Positions 52,155-61,291 of a DNA stretch of 64,000 bases are shown piece after piece. How positions within the stretch are numbered: position 1 is the first letter of the stretch; every line of letters starts with the position of its first letter. The position numbers and the translations under genes are program-made. The stretch is taken from the NCBI GenBank assembly GCA_019704295.1, contig AP024596.1:416001-480000 (forward strand). The letters run 5' to 3'. A model generated the notes under the pieces. That model was not told the origin of the DNA. It ran no database searches and worked only from the letters and a program-made list of their open reading frames with translations. Origin of the DNA: Sulfolobales archaeon HS-7. GTDB lineage: Archaea > Thermoproteota > Thermoprotei_A > Sulfolobales > Sulfolobaceae.

Positions 52155-52393
52155 AGGAAATACTAATTTTTGAAGTAAATAATATAGCTATTCTAACTAT
52201 TAGTTTACAATGAGTAGGTCTTTAAGCTACTAACTTCGTAATAATTTTAAGGCGTCGATCTAGCACAGTTGTTACACTGGTGATTTCGTAAAGTCCTTTT
52301 CATTAAGAAAACGTTAAAACGATGAAATCTACCAAAAATACTAATGCGTTTTTCTAGAAGAATTTATTACTCTTTAATTATTCTACGTTAAAT

Positions 52394-52939
52394 ATGAACA
52401 GGAATAAAATTTCAGGATTATTACTATTTATCGGTATAGCTCAATTCTTATTACTAATGCTTCTTTCTGAGGTAATCTACCCAGGATATAGTATATCTCA
52501 TAATTACATAAGTGATTTAGGTGTTGGAAAAACCGCGTTGATATTTAATTCCTCTATAATTTTACTTGGGGTACTTCTCATAGCGTCTGGTGCTCTCTTT
52601 ACAACTTCAACAGTATTTAGGATTTTGATTATATTAACAGGGATTGGAGCTGCGGGGGTCGGTCTATTCCCAGAGACTACGGGAACGCCACATCTGATTT
52701 CGGCTTTATTAGCGTTTCTATTCAGTAGTCTAGCATCATTTGTAACTGTAAGAGTAAGTAGAACGCCCCTTAAGTACATTTATCCTATACTGGGCGGAAT
52801 GGGATTAGTGGCTTTGACTCTTTTCATATTAAAGGATTATTTAGGATTAGGACCTGGAGGGATGGAAAGATTCATAGTATATCCTAATATGTTATGGGCG
52901 CTAGGATTTGCCAATGAGATTGTAGAGATACAATCTTAG
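52394..52939 (+). CDS. DUF998 membrane protein
   Basis: YPGYS...NYISDLG, GVGLFPE, GGMERFIVYP. Confidence 0.85.
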   Translation: MNRNKISGLLLFIGIAQFLLLMLLSEVIYPGYSISHNYISDLGVGKTALIFNSSIILLGVLLIASGALFTTSTVFRILIILTGIGAAGVGLFPETTGTPHLISALLAFLFSSLASFVTVRVSRTPLKYIYPILGGMGLVALTLFILKDYLGLGPGGMERFIVYPNMLWALGFANEIVEIQS

Positions 52940-52944
52940 GAAAA

Positions 52945-53125
52945 GAATCCTCCCCGCCTCACGAAGGCTATGGTTACTCTGCGAGTGGCTTATCGTTCTT
53001 GACATTGATTCCGGGCTACATCTTCCATTTAATGGGATGTAGAGATTACGGAAAGCTATCCCATCTGAAAGCGTGTGTCTATCATTCGTATTATCGGAAG
53101 CGCACAGTATAAAAAGCCTTACGAG
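52945..53125 (-). mobile_element. protein-less tnpB 3'/right-end cassette with own TATA box (IS200/IS605-derived), degenerate
   Basis: Minus strand: TTTTTATA (53108-53115), hairpin CTACATC/GATGTAG, ...GATGTAGCCCGGAATC..GAACGAT...GCCTTCGTGAGGCGGGGAGGA, resembling Sulfolobales tnpB right ends. Confidence 0.55.
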
Positions 53126-53441
53126 CCCAAGTAAGTCGAGGTTCCTCTCCTAATCATTGCGTTGGTTGAAAGAACCCACGCAATCTTAGTTAACATCATC
53201 CTCAAAATTCACCCGAAATGTCTAAATACTGAACCCCCCATAAAGATAAAGCATAAAGCTTCCTATTGTTTCACCTGTAATGTTGGGAGCGTTCTAATGC
53301 AGTCATCTTAATCGATATCGAGTCGTAAAAATATTAGTATAACGCAGAAATCCTCCTTTAACGGCTGTTCCAGTTGTTTCAGCTTGTAGACTTGAAAGCT
53401 TGAGGAACGATAGGGTTTAGAAACGACTTATGCGCGAGAGC

Positions 53442-53816
53442 CTCGTGATGGTGTCCAATGTGTAATAAATGTAATTTACTTTAAAAACTAAATTTGATAT
53501 AGGAATAACCTAACTTAGAATACTCAATCAGGACAATAATACAGGGGGATTACGAGAGATTAAACTTCCTTACTGACTCCTTAAGCTTAAAATATTCAGC
53601 GATACATTCTGCAAACTTTGGACTCATCATGCTGGAAACCCCTTTTTAGCCTTAACTCTTGAGGAATACGTGATTACTTGTGACCGGACTTAATAAACTT
53701 ATTTTACATTTTCCCTCTCCTCGTAATTAAGCGAATTTAATTCTAGACTGACGTGTTTCATAACTTTTTAGTTTATCTAGTTATTCTGTTAATTACACAT
53801 TGGACACTGTTACGAG
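53442..53816. mobile_element. 375-bp MITE-like element with 25-bp terminal inverted repeats
   Basis: CTCGTGATGGTGTCCAATGTGTAAT vs reverse complement CTCGTAACAGTGTCCAATGTGTAAT (22/25); non-coding AT-rich interior. Confidence 0.7.
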
Positions 53817-53945
53817 AATTACACCACGACTAAGTATAGTGAGATTCATACAACAACAAACGCATAAACTACCCTACTGTCGAGAGTGCTCAGAGAGTGA
53901 GTCTCATACAAAGTTTTATATCGAGTGTACCGTTAATAGTATACT

Positions 53946-54176
53946 ATGAGTGAAGTAATTTCGACAAGGCTAAAAAAAGAGGTCGTCAAAAAAATAGACG
54001 AGCTTGTATCTTTGGGCCTATTCAGGTCGAGAAACGAAGCATTGAATTTTATAATATCTCAAGGTTTAAAAGAAACTGAGAAGTGGGAAGAGTTGATGAG
54101 GAAGTCTAAGGAGTTGAATCTCCCATTACTTAATAAGAATCTAGATGATTTCTTAACGGAGAGAGATAGATATTGA
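53946..54176 (+). CDS. vapB: VapB-type antitoxin (RHH/CopG)
   Basis: VISTRL...IDELV..GLFRSRNEAL; 4-nt overlap with the PIN gene. Confidence 0.85.
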   Translation: MSEVISTRLKKEVVKKIDELVSLGLFRSRNEALNFIISQGLKETEKWEELMRKSKELNLPLLNKNLDDFLTERDRY

Positions 54177-54598
54177 GATATTTTGACACCAGTGTCATAC
54201 TTTTGTCCATTTTAAATGATCCAAGAAGAGATGAGGGTTTAAAATATTTGAAGCAGGGAGGTATAACCTCAGAATTAGGCTTAGTGGAGTTAGTTAGCTA
54301 CCTTTCGAGAAACCTGAATGAGGATCCATTACCATATGCGATAAAAATAGTTAATACCTTCAATATAAAAATAATGAATATAAATGGGTTAAGACTATCT
54401 CCTTTTGGAGGTTTAACCGAGGTGGCCCATTTGGCTATAAACGTTTCAAGAGAAGTTAAGTTGAGAACTTTAGATCTACTTCACTTAACGTGTGCCCTAC
54501 TTCTTAATGTTGATGAAATAATCACAGCCGACAAGGAGTTTATTAAGGCAGAAAAATTTCTTAAAGAGAGAAATATAGCCCTCAATATTGTGAAATAG
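54173..54598 (+). CDS. vapC: VapC PIN-domain toxin
   Basis: YFDTSV, E, LRTLDLLH, ITADKEF. Confidence 0.88.
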   Translation: MRYFDTSVILLSILNDPRRDEGLKYLKQGGITSELGLVELVSYLSRNLNEDPLPYAIKIVNTFNIKIMNINGLRLSPFGGLTEVAHLAINVSREVKLRTLDLLHLTCALLLNVDEIITADKEFIKAEKFLKERNIALNIVK

Positions 54599-54639
54599 TG
54601 TGAGGGGGCACTACAGGTTATCGATTTCAAACTGTAAGC

Positions 54640-56027
54640 CAGTCGTGTTTCGCCAATTTTACTAAAAATGAGACAATTTCTAAAACAGGGGAAAATTCCG
54701 CTCAAGAGAGTAGAAATTAGCTAAATTTCGACTAAAGTGGAGACAGGATCGATTTTTATCTCAGTAAAAGGTACATAACCTAGTTTTTATACGTATAGTA
54801 ATACGCTATGTTTAGTATTATCAAGTGGGTAGAAACGAGGACGTTAAAGTTTAAGCGAGGGACTTGCAAAATCTTGGTATGAGGGAAATGAAGATTAGGA
54901 ACAAGTCCCTCGCTAATAGTGGAGGAAGCGTTTAAGAAGATTTCGTCTAATCCTCGCGACATTATCAAGAGGAGCAAATCCCTCCTCTTGGGGAATAGGG
55001 GAAGGGACTACATATCCCTTGTAAGGCAAGAGAAAAAGATAGGGGAACTCTTAGGTAGAACCTTCGAGTTCTGGGAGCTGGGCTCGATCTTCTCTAATAT
55101 CGTGCTTAGATTTAACGAGACCTTCTTGAGGGTGGGTGAAAAGGAAGTGGAGAAGGTAGGGGACAAACTCTTCTCGGGAAAGGTTAGATCTGCCAATATC
55201 TTGTCTCTCGTCAGGTGCAACGTTGTTACCCAATTCGCAGTTCAGGGGATCAAAAGCCCTCTGAGTTTCTTCAAGAGTTCATCAACAAGGCTGTACAGCA
55301 CATCAACTTGAGTTACGTTATAGCCGACGCTGGATTCCTCAACCTCGAGATCCTCAAGGAGTTACCGGCGAAAACCGTGATCAGGGGGAAGAGTAACCTG
55401 AAAGGAGTCAAGGAACTCTTTGCTCAGCCCCTTACCGTAAAGTACTACGCAGTTGAGGATAGAACTTACGTTGCCTACAGAGTGGTAGAGTACGAGGGAC
55501 TCTACTATTACGACGTGATTTACGTGAAACACAAGCGGAAACCAATGCACTTCGTTTTAGTGTCCAACATTGAGGAAGATCTCTACGAGTTGGCCGAGAC
55601 CTACAGGTCGAGGTGGCAAATAGAGGGGGGTTCAAGACGAGGAGAGATAGAATAGAACTCATAAGGAGGTTGTGCAACAAGCTCTACCTCTACCTGATCT
55701 ACGCGCTCCTCCTCACTTCCCGGAACTTGTACCTCTTCCTGCCATTTAACTTCAAGACTGCGGGAGAAAAGCCCTTCACGTTTGACTAGTTCGTCAATCT
55801 CCTCTAGGTGTTTTTAAGCTACAGGGTGGACTATGTACCTTGATTTGACCTCGCGAAATAAATTCAGAACTTCTCACGTCTGATATCATTAACTTGTAAA
55901 ATATACTAGATTTTGACTAAACATATCATATTGTTACGCCCCTTAAGTTGACTTAATCCTATATTTTTATACACTAATTACTCTAAAAATATCTTACAAT
56001 CATGAGATTTTTGGTGAAACAAGACTG
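54640..56027 (+). mobile_element. ISH3/IS4-like insertion sequence, inactivated (1388 bp)
   Basis: 17-bp TIRs CAGTCGTGTTTCGCCAA / reverse complement CAGTCTTGTTTCACCAA; no target duplication visible. Confidence 0.8.
54888..55850 (+). pseudogene. DDE transposase pseudogene (ISH3/IS4-like)
   Basis: Fragments in several frames; YVIADAGF and YRSRWQIE motifs; frameshifts and stops. Confidence 0.85.
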
Positions 56028-56070
56028 CCGAAAATTAAGGCTTGTAAAACTAAGCCCGCGATGGTCAGGT

Positions 56071-56302
<232 letters not shown>

Positions 56303-56345
56303 TACACTTATTTCTCTTGCAGAGGTTAAAAATTTTTACGAGAGA

Positions 56346-57413
56346 CTAATTTGCCCTTATAGTTCTAAGATATAGGGAGTTCATCATGTTCCTATAATCC
56401 GCTAACTGACTTGGTTCGACGTAAGTGATCGCGATTCCTCCCCTATCTAGTCTTCCCGTCCTGCCAATTCTGTGAATATAGGTTATTTTATTGTCAGGCA
56501 TATCAAAATTAATTACCTTCTTTATGGAGAGAATATCAATTCCCCTTGATGCTACATCAGTAGCAATTAACACCTGATACTTCCCAGTTCTAAAACCATC
56601 AATGTTTCTCTCTCTCACTCTCTGAGGCATGTTCCCCCTTAATTCCCCAACGTCATACCAATTCGACATAAATCCTGCCAATCTTTCCGCCCTATCCCTT
56701 GTCTTAGTAAACACTAAGGTCCCATCTTCTATGTGACTTTTGAGCAACTTAACTTTATCTGTCCAACCCCGAGTTACGTAATACCTGTGCTCTACATTAG
56801 CGATATCAAATTCGCCGTCTCCTATTTTAACTAACTCTGCATCCTTTGAAAAGGTCTTAGCTAGAGAAAAAATTTGATTTGGAATAGTTGCAGAGAAATA
56901 TCCTCCTATTTCCATAGACGTCTGATGTAAAATTTCCTTTACGTCGTCAATGAATCCCATCTCGAGCATTACGTCAGCTTCATCAACAACAACAAACCTA
57001 AATACCGACAAATCTAGGGATCCTTTACCCCATAGATCCAGTAATCTCCCTGGAGTTCCTACTATTACGTCAGCATCTTTAACTTTTCTCTCCTGCTCAG
57101 CATAACCTACACCTCCGTAAACCGTGGCGAACCTCAATCCTTCATATTTTGAAATTTTACTTAGCTCCCATGTCACTTGTCTTGCCAACTCTCTGGTAGG
57201 AGTTAAAACTAGTGAATTAAGTTTAAGTTGAGCTATCGGTATTCCATATGCTGCAGTTTTTCCGCTTCCAGTTCTCGATTGAACTATGACGCTCTTCTTC
57301 GATAGTAACAAAGGAATAACTTTCTGTTGGACCTCGGTAAGGCCACTAAATCCCATTTCCCTTATTGCCTTCTCTATACTTTCACTCAACATCTTAAAAC
57401 ACTCATCTTCCAA
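56346..57413 (-). CDS. DEAD-box RNA helicase
   Basis: Q motif, TGSGKT, PTRELA, TPGR, DEAD, SAT, HRIGRTGR. Confidence 0.96.
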   Translation of the reverse strand: MEDECFKMLSESIEKAIREMGFSGLTEVQQKVIPLLLSKKSVIVQSRTGSGKTAAYGIPIAQLKLNSLVLTPTRELARQVTWELSKISKYEGLRFATVYGGVGYAEQERKVKDADVIVGTPGRLLDLWGKGSLDLSVFRFVVVDEADVMLEMGFIDDVKEILHQTSMEIGGYFSATIPNQIFSLAKTFSKDAELVKIGDGEFDIANVEHRYYVTRGWTDKVKLLKSHIEDGTLVFTKTRDRAERLAGFMSNWYDVGELRGNMPQRVRERNIDGFRTGKYQVLIATDVASRGIDILSIKKVINFDMPDNKITYIHRIGRTGRLDRGGIAITYVEPSQLADYRNMMNSLYLRTIRAN

Positions 57414-57583
57414 GTCCTAGAATATAAATTCGACCCCATTATGAGTGACTTAAACATAGCAGTACCAGATGGATTAACGCTTTCTGCTCGCAAAAAGTTA
57501 AATATCCTTTAGTTAAACTTTATAGCTGGGTATCTAACTCTCGGACGTTCCTCAAAGTAAGGGAGAATGACGAGAGGGTCCGC

Positions 57584-58291
57584 ATGAATATTATACAATT
57601 TATTCAGATTATATATACGCTAATAATGTTAATTCATACGTCTATCTTAGATATAAAAAGTAGGGAAGTAGATCCTAAAACGTGGCTGTTATATGCACCT
57701 TTATCTATATTTATAGTATTTGATATAAGATATGTTAATCTCTTTATATTTCTCTATTCTTCAATAACTGCCAACGTTGCGATTATAGCCCTTTACTTCT
57801 TCGGCATGATGGGGGGAGCAGATGTCTTTGCAATGATACTACTTACTTTAGGAAATTCCTATATATCGTCCTTTATATTCCCTCAATTAACTAGCCTGGG
57901 GTTAGAACCCCTACTCGTCCTCCTAATCTCATCACTAGTTATAACCTCTTTTGCCATAGGAAATATGATAAAGAACTTACCCTATCTAAAGGAGATTCCA
58001 AAAGGGAAGAGATTAACATTTCTTCTATCTGGGAAAAGGATTAAGATACGGGACTTCCTTAACAGCAGATTCTATTTTCCCCTTATGGATTTCAATGAAA
58101 AAGGAGAGATCGAATTCAGAAATAAGTTTGAAATTGAGGAGGATGACGCGTGGTGGAGACAGAGGTTTTCCGAATATGTTAAGACGAACAGATTATCTCC
58201 TGACGATTACATATGGGTTACATGGGGAGTTCCAGTACTTCCGTTTATTCTCGTTGCATATATCGTTACGTTAATCGGAATCCCCATTTAA
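57584..58291 (+). CDS. pibD: prepilin/prearchaellin peptidase (A24, PibD/FlaK-like)
   Basis: SILDIKSREV, MGGAD, WVTWGVPVLPFI. Confidence 0.85.
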   Translation: MNIIQFIQIIYTLIMLIHTSILDIKSREVDPKTWLLYAPLSIFIVFDIRYVNLFIFLYSSITANVAIIALYFFGMMGGADVFAMILLTLGNSYISSFIFPQLTSLGLEPLLVLLISSLVITSFAIGNMIKNLPYLKEIPKGKRLTFLLSGKRIKIRDFLNSRFYFPLMDFNEKGEIEFRNKFEIEEDDAWWRQRFSEYVKTNRLSPDDYIWVTWGVPVLPFILVAYIVTLIGIPI

Positions 58292-58336
58292 ATGTGAACA
58301 ACTTCAATTAGAGTTACAGACTCTCTCGAGGAAGAC

Positions 58337-60145
58337 CTATTTTCTAACTATTAAATTACCTCCAGATACGTTGACAACTGTAGTCGTGTTACTGAAATCA
58401 ACAAAAGCAGAACCCTGAATATAACCATAGTAAGCTATAATGTAAAGGTCTTTCATTGCGAAGAGATGCCCCTGAGGTTCAAGCATGACCTCGTACGACT
58501 TATTAGCAATATAAGAGTAATTAAATATAGGCTGAAGCATTATTCCGTTTTCATTGTATTTCTGCAACTTAATTACGTTCTCTGGGGAGAATCCCCTAAA
58601 GAGAAGGAAAGTTCTATTAGGTAGCCCGGGTATAGGTTGATATGTTACTGTAACTAAAACACCTATAATTGAACCCCTATTTGCAAACACTTTCTCTATC
58701 TTGACTTTCACTACATTATAGTATTGCGTGTATTCCTGGTGGACTGTAACTCCCCCTACCATCGGCGTAACCAGTAAGAGTATTCCCAATGCCACTATGG
58801 CCTTTCTCGGAATAGATATCTCGGTTGAACGGGCCTCTGTAGCCTTAATTAAGGGAATTGAAGATGGAATTATCCATAATAATAAATAGGATATCAGAAC
58901 CCTGTAATTGAAGAGTAGGGGTAAAACTGGTAAACCGAATAACGCGTACTTTAGTTTCTCATAATACTTGGCGTAAGATATCCACAATATAATTAAGAAA
59001 AAAAATTGAACGAAAGTGTAGTAAATAGGGGGCATGTAATATATTCCGAGAAATGAAAGCTGAGAAATTCCGCTCCCTATACCTATAAGATCCCCTGATA
59101 TCGGAGTAAGCACGTCATGGAGGTAAATGGTAGGATTCATTACCAAAAATGGGAGATTTGTCAGAAGGAATATTCCTACACATGAAAATGCGGAACTTAT
59201 TAGCGACTTCTTCCCTCCCTCTCTGAATACGAAATAAGCTAATGGAAATAACGCATAAGCCCCTATCTGTTTAAATGAGAGGGAGAGACCATATAAGGCG
59301 CCTGCAGTTGAGAACTTCCTCTTGAATAGGAAATATGAAGCTATACCTAGCGAGAACGACCACAAGAAATCCACGGGTGGAGGTGATTTGAATGTAAACC
59401 ACTGCATATTTAGTAACATAATGGCGGTTATTCCAGCAAGTGTATCGCCAGGTAAATCCCTTGATAGGACAACTATGAAAATAACGGGTATTATGAACAG
59501 GAAAAGCTCTGGAGGTATGTTAGTAATTAATGGCAAAACGTAAATGAGAAACGACATTGCAGGGTAGTTTACGAAAGTAACGACTTTTCCGTAGAGCGTA
59601 GGAGTTTGATACCTTGTTGGAACGTTAAATCTAGTTAAGGCGTGAGCAGTAACTGAAGGTAGATAGGGGTTTAATCCATGAAGAAGTTGTAAGGCAGCAC
59701 ATAAACCGATTGCATATTCGTCAGAAAAGTTACCCACCCACGGGTAGTTTCCTAGGAAAATGATCGCAAGATTCAAAATAAATAAGGCTATTACGTATAA
59801 TTTATTATCAGTGAAGTACCATAAAGCTATGATAACAACGGAAACAATGGGGATGCAAATTGCCTCAAGTCTACCATATAAAGCGACGGGCAATGAGTTG
59901 GATAGGAAAAGTAGAATTGAAATCGTTAGCCTATAGTATTTTTTAGGTAATCTTATCTTATCTGGAAATCCAGGTACAGTTGATAACAGGAATGTAACAG
60001 AGTATGTAAGGAGCAGAATTGACGGAACTCCTACATCAAGCAAGGGATTTGTATACTGAGTTAGAACCCATATAACCTCACCAACGAACAACGCTAGGGT
60101 CGATATTCCAAAAAGAAAAAGCGCGTTTAGCTGTCTATCCTCCAT
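58337..60145 (-). CDS. polytopic membrane protein, GT-C-like glycosyltransferase
   Basis: SDE..., LLHGLNPY, NYPAMSFL, SFKQ, NLPFL; extracellular C-terminal domain. Confidence 0.6.
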   Translation of the reverse strand: MEDRQLNALFLFGISTLALFVGEVIWVLTQYTNPLLDVGVPSILLLTYSVTFLLSTVPGFPDKIRLPKKYYRLTISILLFLSNSLPVALYGRLEAICIPIVSVVIIALWYFTDNKLYVIALFILNLAIIFLGNYPWVGNFSDEYAIGLCAALQLLHGLNPYLPSVTAHALTRFNVPTRYQTPTLYGKVVTFVNYPAMSFLIYVLPLITNIPPELFLFIIPVIFIVVLSRDLPGDTLAGITAIMLLNMQWFTFKSPPPVDFLWSFSLGIASYFLFKRKFSTAGALYGLSLSFKQIGAYALFPLAYFVFREGGKKSLISSAFSCVGIFLLTNLPFLVMNPTIYLHDVLTPISGDLIGIGSGISQLSFLGIYYMPPIYYTFVQFFFLIILWISYAKYYEKLKYALFGLPVLPLLFNYRVLISYLLLWIIPSSIPLIKATEARSTEISIPRKAIVALGILLLVTPMVGGVTVHQEYTQYYNVVKVKIEKVFANRGSIIGVLVTVTYQPIPGLPNRTFLLFRGFSPENVIKLQKYNENGIMLQPIFNYSYIANKSYEVMLEPQGHLFAMKDLYIIAYYGYIQGSAFVDFSNTTTVVNVSGGNLIVRK

Positions 60146-60190
60146 TATTATGTTATTTTAATGGGGAGAAATTAAAATTTAAGGTGTTCT

Positions 60191-60904
60191 TTAAATCTCG
60201 GCCATTTCCTTCATTGGATTAAGTTCGCTTAGACTTTCCTCAAATAAGGGAACCTTAACGTACTTCATTACACCATTACTATAGTAAATTGCCTCTCCTA
60301 CCTGTAGAGATGGAATAACTCTTTCAATTTCCTTCTGTCTTATTGGGAGGATCTCTTTATATACTTTCAGATCTGCGGGATGGACCACCTTATGTAGGTA
60401 ATAGAACTCGCTTTGCGTTAATACATCCTTATTTACCTTTGCGGATCTCTGACTAACTAATATCATTCCAAGTCCTCTTTTTCTCCCTCTAAGGGCGATC
60501 CTGGTTAAAACGTCCCCTATAGGATCGCGCCTATTCTGAGGGACAAACTCGTGAGCTTCCTCTACCACTATAAACCTGTCGGATGGAAGAGAACGCGATA
60601 TCTCCCATAGCGTCGATATATACGATAGCAAGTATTCGAAGTTATCTTCCTTCCATTCACTCATATCGATGATTCCGCTATTTCCGTTTCTATGATCGTT
60701 AACCGCTTGGGTTATTGGATCTGTTCCTGAGTTTACTGGCATTACACCGAACTCTTCAAAGGATTTGATATATTCTCCGTCAGGATCAATAATTGTTACG
60801 GGAATACCACTTTGAATTAATTCCTTAGTTATTACTTTAGCCGTATTGCTTTTCCCAGAACCCCTGATTCCAAGAATTGCTACGCATTTTCTTCTCATAT
60901 CCAT
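60191..60904 (-). CDS. minimal HerA/FtsK-superfamily ATPase (DUF87-like)
   Basis: GIRGSGKS, IIDPDGEY, VVEEAHEF, RGRKRG, SQR. Confidence 0.85.
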   Translation of the reverse strand: MDMRRKCVAILGIRGSGKSNTAKVITKELIQSGIPVTIIDPDGEYIKSFEEFGVMPVNSGTDPITQAVNDHRNGNSGIIDMSEWKEDNFEYLLSYISTLWEISRSLPSDRFIVVEEAHEFVPQNRRDPIGDVLTRIALRGRKRGLGMILVSQRSAKVNKDVLTQSEFYYLHKVVHPADLKVYKEILPIRQKEIERVIPSLQVGEAIYYSNGVMKYVKVPLFEESLSELNPMKEMAEI

Positions 60905-61071
60905 AACGTACCCTATAGATTACCACCGTTTAAAACGAGTATGGCTTAATATGATGGAGGAGACGTTTTACCGCACTTTTATAAACCTTACGTAACTAGC
61001 CTTAACGGATGTTAGAATCACACTGAAATCTACAACCCTTTAATCGATTTCTCCTAAATATTGTAGAGTCT

Positions 61072-61208
61072 AAGGCTTGCTTCGCCAAAAATCTCACGAT
61101 ACTCCCCATCTTCGATAGGAAATTTAGCTGATTTCTACTCCTGCCGGCGAGATTTTTTCGTGCTTTAGAAATTGCCTTCTATTAGTAAAATTTGGCATTA
61201 TACTACTA
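61072..61208 (-). mobile_element. ~137-bp MITE derived from the ISH3-type IS ends
   Basis: AAGGCTTGCTTCGCCAAAAATCTCACGAT resembles the IS right end (CAGTCTTGTTTCACCAAAAATCTCATGAT); reverse complement GCCAAATTTTACTAATAGAAGGCAATTTCTAAA...GAGTAGAAATCAGCTAAATTTC resembles the IS left ~90 bp. Confidence 0.8.
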
Positions 61209-61291
61209 ATAGGGTCTCATAGAATTCAGAACCACCGTCCTGAATAATTCATCAATATAAATAAAAAGTAAAGTAAAAATAAATATGACTT

